DNA from: Pecten maximus
Taxonomy: Eukaryota
NCBI RefSeq assembly: GCF_902652985.1
Contig: NC_047020.1
Location: 28,954,001 to 29,018,000 of the forward strand
Direction of reading: 5' to 3'
Length of the DNA: 64,000 bases
How positions within the stretch are numbered: the first letter of the stretch is position 1; the number at the start of each line of letters is the position of its first letter. The translations under genes were made by a program, and so were the position numbers. Below are positions 26,674-38,872 of this stretch, one piece after another. The notes beneath the pieces are model-generated. The model was given only the letters and a program-made list of their open reading frames with translations. It did not search any database and was not told where the DNA came from.

Positions 26674-27795
26674 GTAAGTAGATATTTTCTGTTGAGTTTC
26701 CAGTGCCAGGTTTGGATAAACCCTGGGTCTTCGGGGTCAATGTTGCATAATTAAATGAAATATTTTAATAAGCAACTCATCGTACCCCATCATCTTTGAA
26801 TATTTGTTGATTTCTTAGCATCTACTCCAGGGGATTCAAAATTATTTAACTGATGGTTGTGGGAGCAGGGGATATTAAGTTAAGCATTTAGCTTACAATA
26901 TTAGTTAAACAATGGTACCAATCTGCCAGAAACTTCCTGTCTGTCCAATAACAAATTAAGACAGGTGAGTGATAGACCATATGGACTTAGAATGTTTCAG
27001 TATGATAAATAAATCTATATTGATTCTTATTGATGGTGAATATGAAGTATTGTTCATGTGACATGTAGTACAAAATAATTGTTTTCTTTCCAAAATACAG
27101 GGGGATGATCAGGTTTGTAAAACATTTTGTTAACACTGATTTTTTTTATGCATTCAGGTCATTCGTGAGTTTGTAACCAGTGTTGTGGAGTTTGTACCCT
27201 GTACCAATTTCCACACACATCTGTAGTCTGTTTATCGTACACCTCTGTTGTCAAGGTTTCCATTCCATACACCTCTGTTGTCAAGGTTTCCATTCCAAAC
27301 ACCTCAGGTTTTCTTGCTTCTTTTCTTAACTAGGATTTATTGACTATTTAAAAGTCTTTTTAATATTTTGATTTTAGATTAAGTTTTATTTATTTTTACA
27401 TAATTTTTTTTTTTTTTTTTTTGCAATCTTATTTGGTTTGTGATTTCAGTTGGTTGTGGCGAAATTTTCAAGCTAATTTGTCTTGACTAATGAGAGATTT
27501 TATTTGGGGAAAAGGTTCAGACTATCCGGCTGTGGTTGTGGGGTTTACTTGTGCTATTTTTGTGGTGCTGGCCTTAGGTTACTGTTCTCTTTGATATACA
27601 GGAGCTGGGCCTATACCTACATACTAAATTTCCCTGTAGTTGATCTGGGATTAGTTATCATCCAAATGACTGCTGGCATGCAGGTCCAGAACTTTTAATA
27701 AGTAACTTTAGTGAATTTGACAGTTCTAGGTAGATTATGATGTAGGTAGTTAAGAAGACTTATATATATATTGCAGTACAGAATCCTATTTCACC

Positions 27796-27995
27796 TGTAT
27801 TCCGTCTTTTAGTAATGCAGAGTTATCTGCTCTTGTGAGAAGGTATTGATTGGTAATGTCATAAGTTTGCACAAGAATATATTATTTTCTCATTTTCTTA
27901 CAAATTTATGACATAACTGTCACAAACAAATGTTGTACCAATCAATACCTGCTTACAAGAGCAGATAACTCTGTATTACGAAAAGACAAAATACA
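27796..27995. mobile_element. Foldback MITE-like element
   Basis: ~55-60-bp imperfect inverted arms (cagagttatctgctcttgt..aggtattgattggta / taccaatcaatacct..acaagagcagataactctg). Confidence 0.65.
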
Positions 27996-29307
27996 TATGT
28001 GGATGTTTTATAGAGATTCTTCCTTTTAAATGCTGGTCATCATGTATTTGAAGTTCAATCTTTTACTCATCATTGCTCAAGCTGCCCCAAAATGACACAT
28101 GGTGACCTTGAGTCTGTGACCTTTTATGTTCAGTATGTATGTTTATATGAAGCTCTATCCATAAAACTCCCATCCCAATAGCTACCTCATACATTTACGC
28201 AATACCCAACACCCCCTGCCATTTTGTCCTTTTGGCAACTGAATGAGTTCTTTGATCAGTCAAACTGTCCTCCAGTCGTTTTGGTATGTAAGGTTTCTGT
28301 AACGTATTTACCAGGATATAGTCTGTCTGTCCAGATAGATCTTGTATCCACCAATACAAGTTATCTAGTCTTTCCTACAGAAGCGATTACACTATACAGA
28401 GCCAGTCTAAATATCAACACCTTTCTTTTTCTCGCACAATTATCTACAAAATGTCTGTTGTAATTTCCAGAGTTAGAATAGAGATATGCTTTGAATATGT
28501 TTTGTTTTAACATCTTTTGATACAGATGATAAGACAACATTGAATGCTGGAATTTTCATGGTTATACAAACATCAAACTTATCCCCACATTATCACCTAC
28601 GTATTCCTTATACTCATAAAGAAGTAAAAAATTATAATTTTGATATATTATTTTGTGCATTCCTTCAGAGCATTTGAATTAAGCTAAAAAATCTTACTGG
28701 TAATTTCAAGCGTGAAACCTTCCTGGCCAATCTCTGATGATTTTGAGCAGATTTTGACTGATGACATTAATTATATTGGCTGTTAAAATAGAAAAGATAA
28801 CTACTGTGCTTCAGAATGTTCACAACAACAAATTATTTTGGTGTTTTAAGTTGCCTCACCATATCCTGGTGATGTTAAGGTGATGCTTGTTTATACAACC
28901 TGGTAGATTATACCAATCAGGATAATGTGTCCTATCTATAAGGAACAACAAGCAGTGTGTTAGTTGAATATATGTGAAATATTGTTGTTTATTTCTTAAC
29001 TTGGAGAATAAAGTTTGATGATCAGATAATATTGCAATTGCAAATTGACTGACTCATGAGCTAGCTGTTAGATTGGATTTTAGCGGCATCCTAAAAAAAA
29101 ATGCCATTTTTCGTTGTCAGTCCCATATATACCTACAGCTGTAGCTTCATATGAAGCATGATCCCTTTAGGAATGGTCACTATATGGAGTGAGGCATTAG
29201 AGAGCTGGTCACTTACTTACTAGAGAGTGTCGCAGTAGGGAACCATTATGTATGAGGTTGTAAGAGATACGGATGCTGATTGATGTTGTCGTTTGATTAC
29301 TTCACAG

Positions 29308-29424
29308 TCTACCAGGAAGTCCGCTCTCCTTACCGCAGCCAAGAAGGCCAAGCTGAAAAACAACCCTTCTCGTGTGCGATTCGCTGAATCAGTCACTGTC
29401 ACCATGGTGAATGGTATGCAAAGT
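29308..29424 (+). CDS. FRMPD4: Exon: linker STRKSALLTAAKKAKLKNNPSRVRFAESVTVTMVNGMQS
   Basis: ttcacag / gtaagt; 117 nt, phases 0/0; FRMPD-family linker. Confidence 0.93.
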
Positions 29425-29917
29425 GTAAGTGAAAATTATTTTGTCACCTGTGTAAATTTTCTCATTATTAGGAGGTTTTTTTTTGACCAAATACAGTCGG
29501 AAATGTCCTAACTGTAGAAGTTTTCGTGTAGTGATAGATTGTTCCTCATAACCTCGTATTCATCTAGGATAAAGTAAAAGATAGTTAGGTCCGATGTTCT
29601 GTTGTGAGATATTTGTTTTCCAAAAGTTAAATCTCAATTGATATAGATCCATTTTTTTTTTAACAAGACTTCCAAAATGGGGGTGGATTGGAGAGGACTT
29701 AAGACACACTAGAAGACTATCTTAGTTTGAGAATATGTCATTAAGATAAATGTACATTTAAATGGCTCTAGATGCCATTCCTACAAAGAGAACTTGATTA
29801 ACTTCTTATCCTAAGTAAAGTTTTAACTGGATTTGGAGTGAGAGGCTAAAGGGATACTTAGAACAGATTGAAACAGCTACAGCTGTAGGAACTAGGATGA
29901 TTTTAATTGTGTAGTTA

Positions 29918-30300
29918 CAGTAAAACCTCATTATACTGCCACCTGCTGTTCTCTGTGATTTTGGTGATATAATAAGTTTGGCGGTATATCAGATTTACCA
30001 TTTAAACTCGAAGTGTTCACACACCAATTGTTAGTCAGCAGTCGGGCGTGTGTAACAATATAATGTAAACGTAATATTCCCGTCAGTACACCCCATCTGA
30101 CCCAAGTTGGCGGTATTTAATGAGGTTATAATGATATTATTTTATCCTTTTGTTTTGAAAATAACATGGGGGATGGCGGTATGCGGGTTTGGTAGTACAA
30201 CGGGTGCCTCAATGTTGGGGGATATAGCCTTTCTTAATAAATTAATGGTGGTATGAGGGTTTGATGGTTTAAAAGGTGGCATTACAATAGGGTATTACTG
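29918..30300. mobile_element. Tc1/mariner (pogo/Tigger-like) MITE
   Basis: TA-CAGTAAAACC ... GGTATTACTG-TA; repeated ggcggtat subterminal motifs. Confidence 0.7.
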
Positions 30301-30501
30301 TATATCAGTATTTAAAAAAAACTGACCTGAAACGTTTGTCCCTGTTTAGATGTTGTGGTTTATCTTGAGGTGGTGATCAGAGCGTTCCTTTCTACTTACC
30401 GGTACTGTTATGATTTATCGTACACCATTAGCCTTGTGATATGGTACCTTTCAACTTATCATTACTGCACTCTCTATCTTATAATTTGGTTTATCTTACA
30501 G

Positions 30502-30609
30502 CCATCGCCAGATGAGAGTTATGTGCCTTTTATGCCAAATGTCCTCAAAGTGTTCTTGGAGAATGGTCAGACAAAATCATTCAAGTATGACAACAAAACA
30601 ACAGTGAAG
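30502..30609 (+). CDS. FRMPD4: Exon: FERM N-lobe start ([28 protein letters not shown])
   Basis: tcttacag / AAG|gtacag; 108 nt; hallmark FRMPD motif. Confidence 0.95.
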
Positions 30610-30654
30610 GTACAGTGATTTCTGTGGAGATTTATAGTAGACTAGGGGTGTGAG

Positions 30655-33200
30655 CAGAAGTGTGATAGTCAGTAGGATTAGAGGCTGGGACAGAAGTGTG
30701 ATAGTCAGTGGGATTAGTGGATAGAACAAAAGTGTGATAGTCAGTAGGGTTAGAGGCTGGGACAGAAGTGTGATAGTCAGTAGGGTTAGAGGCTGGGACA
30801 GAAGTGTGATAGTCTGTGGGATTAGTGGATAGAACAGAAGTGTGATAGTCAGTAGGATTAGTGGATAGAACAAAAGTGTGATAGTCAGTAGGATTAGTGG
30901 ATAGAACAAAAGTGTGATAGTTGGTAGGATTAGTGGATAGAACAGAAGTGTGATAGTCAGTAGGATTAGTGGATAGAACAGAAGTGTGATAGTCAGTAGG
31001 ATTAGTGGATAGAACAAAAGTGTGATAGTCAGTAGGATTAGTGGATAGAACAGAAGTGTGATAGTCAGTAGGATTAGTGGATTGAACAGAAGTGTGATTG
31101 TTGGTAGGATTAGTGAATAGAACAAAAGTGTAATAGTCAGTAGGATTAGTGAATAGAACAGAAGTGTGATAGTCAGTAGGATTAGTGAATAGAACAGAAG
31201 TGTGATAGTCAGTAGGATTAGTGGATAGAACAGAAGTGTGATAGTTGGTAGGATTAGTGGATAGAACAGAAGTGTGATAGTAGAATTAGAGGCTGAGACA
31301 GAAGTGTGATAGTCAGTAGAATTAGTGGATAGAACAAAAGTGTGATAGTCAGTAGGATTAGTGGATAGAACAGAAGTGTGATAGTCAGTAGGATTAGTGG
31401 ATAGAACAGAAGTGTGATAGTCAGTAGGATTAGTGGATAGAACAGAAGTGTGATAGTAGAATTAGAGGCTGAGACAGAAGTGTGATAGTCAGTAGGGTTA
31501 GTGGATAGAACAGAAGTGTGATAGTCAGTAGGATTAGTGGATAGAACAGAAGTGTGATAGTCAGTAGGATTAGTGGATAGAACAGAAGTGTGATAGTCAG
31601 TAGGATTAGTGGATAGAACAGAAGTGTGATAGTCAGTAGAATTAGAGGCTGAGACAGAAGTGTGATAGTCAGTAGAATTAGAGGCTGGGACAGAAGTGTG
31701 ATAGTCAGTAGGATTAGAGGCTGGGACCGAAGTGTGATAGTCAGTAGAATTAGAGGCTGGGACCGAAGTGTGATAGTCAGTAGGATTAGTGGATAGAACA
31801 GAAGTGTGATAGTCAGTAGGATTAGTGGATAGAACAGAAGTGTGATAGTCAGTAGGATTAGTGGATAGAACAGAAGTGTGATAGTCAGTAGGATTAGTGG
31901 ATAGAACAGAAGTGTGATAGTCAGTAGGATTAGTGGATAGAACAGAAGTGTGATAGTCAGTAGGATTAGTGGATAGAACAGAAGTGTGATAGTCAGTAGG
32001 ATTAGTGGATAGAACAGAAGTGTGATAGTCAGTAGGATTAGTGGATAGAACAAAAGTGTGATAGTCAGTAGGATTAGTGGATAGAACAGAAGTGTGATAG
32101 TCAGTAGGATTAGTGGATAGAACAGAAGTGTGATTGTTGGTAGGATTAGTGAATAGAACAAAAGTGTAATAGTCAGTAGGATTAGTGAATAGAACAGAAG
32201 TGTGATAGTCAGTAGGATTAGTGAATAGAACAGAAGTGTGATAGTCAGTAGGATTAGTGGATAGAACAGAAGTGTGATAGTCAGTAGGATTAGTGGATAG
32301 AACAGAAGTGTAATAGTCAGTAGGATTAGTGAATAGAACAGAAGTGTGATAGTCAGTAGGATTAGTGAATAGAACAGAAGTGTGATAGTCAGTAGGATTA
32401 GTGAATAGAACAGAAGTGTGATAGTCAGTAGGATTAGTGGATAGAACAGAAGTGTGATAGTCAGTAGGATTAGTGGATAGAACAGAAGTGTGATAGTCAG
32501 TAGGATTAGTGAATAGAACAGAAGTGTGATAGTCAGTAGGATTAGTGGATAGAACAAAAGTGTGATAGTCAGTAGGATTAGTGGATAGAACAGAAGTGTG
32601 ATAGTCAGTAGGATTAGTGCATAGAACAAAAGTGTGATAGTCAGTAGGATTAGTGCATAGAACAGAAGTGTGATAGTCAGTAGGATTAGTGCATAGAACA
32701 GAAGTGTGATAGTCAGTAGAATTAGAGGCTGGGACAGAAGTGTGATAGTCAGTAGGATTAGAGGCTGAGACAGAAGTGTGATAGTAGGGTTAGAGGCTGG
32801 GACAGAGGTGTGATAGTCAGTAGGGTTAGAGGCTGGGACCGAAGTGTGATAGTCAGTAGGATTAGTGAATGGAACAGAAGTGTGATAGTCAGTAGGATTA
32901 GAGGCTGAGACAGAAGTGTGATAGTTGGTAGGATTAGTGGATAGAACAGAAGTGTGATAGTCAGTAGGATTAGTGGATAGAACAGAAGTGTAATAGTCAG
33001 TAGGATTAGTGGATAGAACAGAAGTGTAATAGTCAGTAGGATTAGTGGATAGAACAAAAGTGTGATAGTCAGTAGGATTAGTGGATAGAACAGAAGTGTA
33101 ATAGTCAGTAGGATTAGTGGATAGAACAGAAGTGTAATAGTCAGTAGGATTAGTGGATAGAACAGAAGTGTGATAGTCAGTAGGATTAGTGGATAGAACA
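30655..33200. repeat. 36-bp minisatellite, ~70 copies, two unit variants
   Basis: Unit gaagtgtgatagtcagtaggattagtggatagaaca; variant ...agaggctgggaca. Confidence 0.97.
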
Positions 33201-33277
33201 CAAGTACAATATGTTTAGTATGTAATAATAATGAGTTTTAGTCCAGAGTCTTTTGCAAATATGATTTTGAAATTGGA

Positions 33278-35564
33278 TTTTTAGCCCACCATCATCAGAT
33301 GGTGGGCTATTCAAATCGCCCTGCGTCCGTGGTCCGTCGTCCGTCCGTCCGTCCGTCCGTCCCTCCGTCCGTCCCTCCGTCCCTCCGTCCGTAAACAATT
33401 CTTGTTATCGCTATTTCTCAGAAAGTACTGAAGGGATCTTTCTCAAATTTCATATGTAGGTTCCCCTTGGTGCCTAGTTATGCATATTGCGTTTTGAGAC
33501 CAATCGGAAAACAACATGGCCGACAGGCAGCCATCTTGGATTTTGACAATTGAAGTTTGTTATCGCTATTTCTGAGAAAGTACTGAATGGATCTTTCTCA
33601 AATTTCATATGTAGGTTCCCCTTGGTGCCTAGTTCTGCATATTGCGTTTTGAGACCAATTGGACAACAACATGGCCGACAGGCAGCCATCTTGGATTTTG
33701 ACAATTGAAGTTTGTTATCGCTATTTCTGAGAAAGTACTGAAGGGATCTTTCTCAAATTTCATATGAAGGTTCCCCTTGGTGCCTGGTTATGCATATTGC
33801 GTTTTGAGACCAATCGGATAACAACATGGCCGACAGGCAGCCATCTTGGATTTTGACAATTGAAGTTTGTTATCGCTATTTCTGAGAAAGTACTGAAGGG
33901 ATCTTTCTCAAATTTCATATGTAGGTTCCCCTTGGTGCCTAGTTATTCATACTGCGTTTTGAGACCAATAGGAAAACAACATGGCCGACACAGCAGCCAT
34001 CTTGGATTTTGACAATTGAAGTTTGTTATCGCTATTTCTGAGAAAGCACTAAATGGATCTTTCTCAAATTTCATATGAAGGTTCCCCTTGGTGCCTAGTT
34101 ATGCATATTGCGTTTTGAGACCAATCGGATAACAACATGGCCACCAGGCAGCCATCTTGGATTTTGACAATTGAAGTTTGTTATCGCTATTTCTGAGAAA
34201 GTACTGAAGGGATCTTTCTCAAATTTCATATGTAGGTTCCCCTTGGTGCCTAGTTATGCATATTGCGATTTGAGACCAATCGGAAAACAACATGGCCGAC
34301 AGGCAGCCATCTTGGATTTTGACAATTGAAGTTTGTTATCACTATTTCTGAGAAAGTACTGAATGGATCTTTCTGAAATTTCATATGTAGGTTTCCCTTG
34401 GTGCCTAGTTATGCATATTGCGTTTTTAGACCAATTCGAAAACAACATGGCCGACAGGCAGCCATCTTGGATTTTGACAATTGAAGTTTGTTATCGCTAT
34501 TTATGAGAATGTACTGAATGGATCTTTCTGAAATTTCATATGTAGGTTCCCCTTGGTGCCTAGTTATGCATATTGCGTTTTGAGACCAATTCGAAAACAA
34601 CATGGCCGACAGGCAGCCATCTTGGATTTTGACAATTGAAGTTTGTTATCGCTATTTATGAGAATGTACTGAATGGATCTTTCTGAAATTTCATATGTAG
34701 GTTTCCCTTGGTGCCTAGTTATGCATATTGCGTTTTAGACCAATCTTAAAACAACATGGCCGACAGGCAGCCATCTTGGATTTTGGCAATTTAAGTTTGT
34801 TATCACTATTTCTGAGAAAGTACTGAATGGATCTTTCTGAAATTTCATATGTAGGTTTCCCTTGGTGCCGAGTTATGCATATTGCGTTTTGAGACCAATC
34901 AGAAAACAACATGGCCGACAGGCAGCCATCTTGGATTTTGACAATTGAAGTTTGTTATCGCTATTTCTGAGAAAGTGCTGAATGGATCTTTCTCAAATTT
35001 CATATGTAAGTTTCCCTTGGTGCCTAGTTATGCATATTGCGTTTTGAGACCAATCGGAAAACAACATGGCCAACAGGCAGCTATCTTGGATTTTGACAAT
35101 TGAAGTTTGTTATCGCTATTTCTGAGAAAGTACTGAAGGGATCTTTCTCAAATTTCATAGTGAGGTTCCCCTTGGTGCCTCGTTATGCTTATTGCATTTT
35201 GAGATCAATTGGACAACAATATGGCGGACAGACCGCCATCTTGGATTTTGACAATTGAAGTTTGTTATCTCTATTTCTCAAAGTACTGAATGGATCTTTC
35301 TCAAATTTCATAAGTAGGTTCCCCTTGGTATTGCATTTTTGGACCAGTCTGTCCTGAAAACAACCTGACAAACAAACAGCCATTATCGTTAAATCTCAAA
35401 TTTCTTATATAGCTAGGATTCCCTTGTTTGAAAAGTACTGGAGGGATGTCTCAATTTGCACAGATTAGTAAAATGAAGGGAAAAGTAGAGAAAAGATCAA
35501 TCTGACATGGAACCTATGAAGATCATTCAATGGTGGGCGCCAAGATCCCTCTGGGATCTCTTGT
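33278..35564 (+). mobile_element. Non-autonomous Helentron-type (HINE/pearl-like) element with ~12.5 tandem ~155-bp core repeats
   Basis: T-run start, agcccaccat...atggtgggct hairpin, (GTCC)n microsatellite, ~155-bp array, 3' tggtgggcg subterminal IR and agatccc-tct-gggatct palindrome. Confidence 0.85.
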
Positions 35565-35592
35565 AAATGTGATTGTATGATTTTGTTTCCAG

Positions 35593-35724
35593 GATGTAGC
35601 TAATTCACTACAGGAGAAACTTGGGATCAAGAGTGTCAAGTATTTTAACTTGGTTCTGCAAAACATGAAAAGTCACATACCAGGTCGTCTTACCATTCTA
35701 CAAGACCATGAGACACTTGCAGAG
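35593..35724 (+). CDS. FRMPD4: Exon: FERM F1 (DVANSLQEKLGIKSVKYFNLVLQNMKSHIPGRLTILQDHETLAE)
   Basis: tttccag / GAG|gtaagt; 132 nt. Confidence 0.93.
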
Positions 35725-35772
35725 GTAAGTTCAAGTTAAAGGCTATACATTACCAGTTTATTTCAATAATAG

Positions 35773-35911
35773 CTCACCACCATATAGATAATAGCGTATC
35801 GCCTCCGGCAGCCCATAATTTGCATAACAAAAATGAAAATAAATATCCCGTGAGAGGACCCTTAATGCCCGATACGAACGCACCGCGCATGACCCAAAAC
35901 CTCACTTCCGC
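35773..35911. repeat. DIRS left inverted terminal repeat (139 bp)
   Basis: Reverse complement of 42198-42336 with no mismatch seen by eye. Confidence 0.95.
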
Positions 35912-36348
35912 TTATGGCAGCCATCATCCCAGAAGGATTTTGACGACAGCTCGTTTTCCCAGGGTTTTTGTTGCATTTAATTAGTTTTTCTTTTGCTTTG
36001 CTTTCGTAATTTGTTATTCTCATCTTTGTTGACAAGTTTTTCATTTTCGTTTGAACTGTCAGTCCGTTTGTGTGTCGTATTTCGTCTTTTTTGTCGAGTG
36101 GTTACTGCACACGTGGACTGTCTCGCTACGGTACCGCGGTCTAGTAGACCACTTCGGTGTCTATTTTTCTCGCTTTATTTGCTACCGTTTTGCTTTTGTC
36201 AACTCAGTTGTTTTATTTCTTTTTCATTTTGTACTTTTCTGTACTTATTTCCAGTTGACGGGACGTTTTTCCGTAATTTTATCGGTGGATTTTTCTTCCG
36301 TTTTTTGGCTGGATTTTCTCGTTTGCTGGAAGCTGCCCGCCTAGCAGA

Positions 36349-37449
36349 ATGCGAGGTAAGAGACTTACTTCGGGTCCAAAAACTCGGTCAGGAGACTGCG
36401 GTCATGTCATCCTCGATGGGGATGACCATGACACCTGTTCTACCTGCCGAGGCTGCTCCCGGGACAACATGTGTTCCGTCTGTTTGACATGGTCAAACAC
36501 TTTGTGGGACAGGGTGTTGTCCCATCAGTCTGTCGCCCGTAATAAGGGTGCTAAGTCTGGGGCAGACAGTAAACGTCAACCTAAAGTCCAGTGTGGTGCT
36601 GTTGTCAGCCTCCCACCTGGCAGTGAGGCATTTTTACCCCCTGAAGGGGAAGTAATTTTGTCTCACAGTGGTAGGCACTCTTTGGCTACAGAGGAACCTA
36701 TTCACACACATATTTCTGAGGCGGTAGGGCCTTTGGGTTCTATCGGTCATCAGAAGGGCACTCACCCGGGAATCTCCTTGGAGGTCGAAGGGAGCGAGTG
36801 TCCAGGTACCATCTCCGTTAGCGGAATGGTTACCGAACAGGCCAGTCATGCGACCCGGGCCCCATTGAGGGGTGCCGGCGTACCCACTGACAGTAGGCCG
36901 GCTGGTACTGCCAGTTTTTACGGTGGTTCTGGAGAGGCTGCACTAGGAGCTGGGAGTGTCTCTGTTTCACTCCCAGGCGTTGGTTTACCGTATTTTGAGT
37001 CTGGTTTGGGTTCCGGGGTTATGCACCCGTCGGTTCCTAGGTCTGCCTTGCCTCTATCTGGTCCTCCTCCAGTTAGAGCTCCTGGCTCAGTGGGGTTTAT
37101 GGGTGCTCCAGGGCATCCCCCACCTTATCCCTACCCTCATTCTGCACCCGGGTTAGGTGGTAGTTTGCAGTCTCCTGGCAATTTTGGCCATTTTCAGCCA
37201 TATTGGCCAGGCAGGTCTCCAGTAGGGGGCAATTCATTTCCTGGTCCTGCGGGTGTCGGAATGTTGCCTTCTCCCCAGTATTCTGGCTTCGGCCAACACT
37301 GGGGCCCCTCCCAGTCTATGGGATTTCCATACCCTGGGTATGGTCAAACCTTTCCAGGTTACACTGGTCAACCTTGGGTTTCCTCAGCTGTCTATAATCA
37401 GTCAGGTGTTGAGTTGGGTCCCCCCCCCTTCTCGCTCACGCCTTGTTAA
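36349..37449 (+). CDS. DIRS gag-like ORF1, N-terminal part (Cys/His motif, then G/P-rich region)
   Basis: CGHVILDGDDHDTCSTCRGC...CSVC motif typical of DIRS ORF1; first ATG-initiated long ORF after the left ITR. Confidence 0.8.
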   Translation: MRGKRLTSGPKTRSGDCGHVILDGDDHDTCSTCRGCSRDNMCSVCLTWSNTLWDRVLSHQSVARNKGAKSGADSKRQPKVQCGAVVSLPPGSEAFLPPEGEVILSHSGRHSLATEEPIHTHISEAVGPLGSIGHQKGTHPGISLEVEGSECPGTISVSGMVTEQASHATRAPLRGAGVPTDSRPAGTASFYGGSGEAALGAGSVSVSLPGVGLPYFESGLGSGVMHPSVPRSALPLSGPPPVRAPGSVGFMGAPGHPPPYPYPHSAPGLGGSLQSPGNFGHFQPYWPGRSPVGGNSFPGPAGVGMLPSPQYSGFGQHWGPSQSMGFPYPGYGQTFPGYTGQPWVSSAVYNQSGVELGPPPFSLTPC

Positions 37450-38872
37450 GTCTAAAAGGGTTCACCGTCCCTCGAAGACATTGGCTGAGACTCCCAGGTC
37501 ATCGCTTCCCAGCAGGGTTAAGCGTAAAGTCAACTTCTCTCATCTTAGTGCTGGCCTTTCTTCTGCTTCTAAGTGTAGGAGAATGGAGGCTCCAGACCAG
37601 ACTGTGTCTCGGTCAACCTCCAGTTTTGGCCAGTCTCCTCAAACTGATCTTCAGGAGACTGAGGATATGGATTTTGAGGAGTCCGAGACTGAGGATGTTG
37701 GTCAGCTGACTTTGCCTGATGATGGGGACACTCTGTCGTTGGATGCTGGGTCTGATGTGGATGCCGAGACTCGCTCATGGCTCCCATCAGTACCTACCGA
37801 GGGGTCAGATCATGAGTCTTTTCACTCTGAGGCTGATAACCCCGACTCAGATTTAGGTCTGGCTGCATCTCAGGCAGAGAGGAATCTTGATTCCTTTCGT
37901 AGCCTTCGTTTGGAGGTTGCTTCCCTTTTGGGAGTTGAATTTTGTCCCCCTCCCTCTGCTTCTAGCCTCCCAGAAAGGACTTCAACTTTAAGTGCCTTTC
38001 TTCCCTCGGAGCCAGAAGCTAAGGCATCAGGTAGGTCTTTGGCTGAAGGGACTATGGTCTCTTCAGCATTGGCCCAAATTGAAAAGGTTCTGCAGGCCAA
38101 AGGTTCTTCTAATAGGAAGCAGGATCTTTCTGGTTTGCTTCTGGGGGTTAGCGATATCGAGGGGTTTAGTCCTTCTCGATATTCTGTGCACAATTCCTCA
38201 GTTGAACCTACTCCAGCCAAGGTGGATCTTATCTTAGACCATCGCTGGCCTGGGAGATCAAATGATATTGTTCATTTATCTCCTAAGGAGCATAGTCGCA
38301 TGGAAAGACTGCTTCGTCTTGCCATTCATGTGCTGGCTTATGCAGATTCTTTTTCCTCTGCTTTGTTCGTAGCATCTTCTCATTCTGAGGAGAGCCTACC
38401 TAACAAGACTAAGCTTCTGGCTGAACTCAGCAAGGCCATGAACCGGGCCCACATGGATGGAACCGCGCTCATTTTGGCAGTTCTTGCTGATTTTGTTTTG
38501 GCCCGCCGTGCAGCAGTTCTGAAGCCCAGACTAGCTGTAGGTGAGCCATTCATTTCCGATCTCATGACTGCTCCCTTGTCTGGCTCAGAAATGTTTGGAG
38601 GTATTCTCACCTCTGTCATGGACCGAGTCAACAATGACAAGGCGGCTTCAGCTAGGCTTGAGAAGCTTAGGGCTAAGCCTAAACCTGGCCGGGTGCAGCG
38701 TCCAGGTAAGCCTAAGAGGGGTGCTCAGACAACTCAGTCTCAGACTCAGACTCAGCCTCCTGTAGCTTCGGCTGTTCGAGGTGGGCACTCTTCTCGGGGT
38801 CGGGGCAGTCAGAGTCACAGAGGGGGAAGGGGTGGAAAGAAGAATCCCAGCAAGAAGGGACAGAGTTCCTGA
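37253..38872 (+). CDS. DIRS gag-like ORF1, C-terminal part (probably continuous with the previous ORF across the C9 run at 37420-37428)
   Basis: Acidic segment, helical segment ending LARRAAVL...APLSGSEMFG, basic RG-rich tail; +1 frame relative to the first part. Confidence 0.8.
   Translation: MSECCLLPSILASANTGAPPSLWDFHTLGMVKPFQVTLVNLGFPQLSIISQVLSWVPPPSRSRLVKSKRVHRPSKTLAETPRSSLPSRVKRKVNFSHLSAGLSSASKCRRMEAPDQTVSRSTSSFGQSPQTDLQETEDMDFEESETEDVGQLTLPDDGDTLSLDAGSDVDAETRSWLPSVPTEGSDHESFHSEADNPDSDLGLAASQAERNLDSFRSLRLEVASLLGVEFCPPPSASSLPERTSTLSAFLPSEPEAKASGRSLAEGTMVSSALAQIEKVLQAKGSSNRKQDLSGLLLGVSDIEGFSPSRYSVHNSSVEPTPAKVDLILDHRWPGRSNDIVHLSPKEHSRMERLLRLAIHVLAYADSFSSALFVASSHSEESLPNKTKLLAELSKAMNRAHMDGTALILAVLADFVLARRAAVLKPRLAVGEPFISDLMTAPLSGSEMFGGILTSVMDRVNNDKAASARLEKLRAKPKPGRVQRPGKPKRGAQTTQSQTQTQPPVASAVRGGHSSRGRGSQSHRGGRGGKKNPSKKGQSS

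Noticed and set aside
30577-33201. Hydrophobic minus-strand ORFs (LLTITLLFYPLI)n
   Set aside because: Artefact of the 36-bp minisatellite, not a membrane protein.
35993-36487. 164-aa Phe-rich ORF at the DIRS 5' end
   Set aside because: Non-ATG start in the T-rich leader; compositional artefact.
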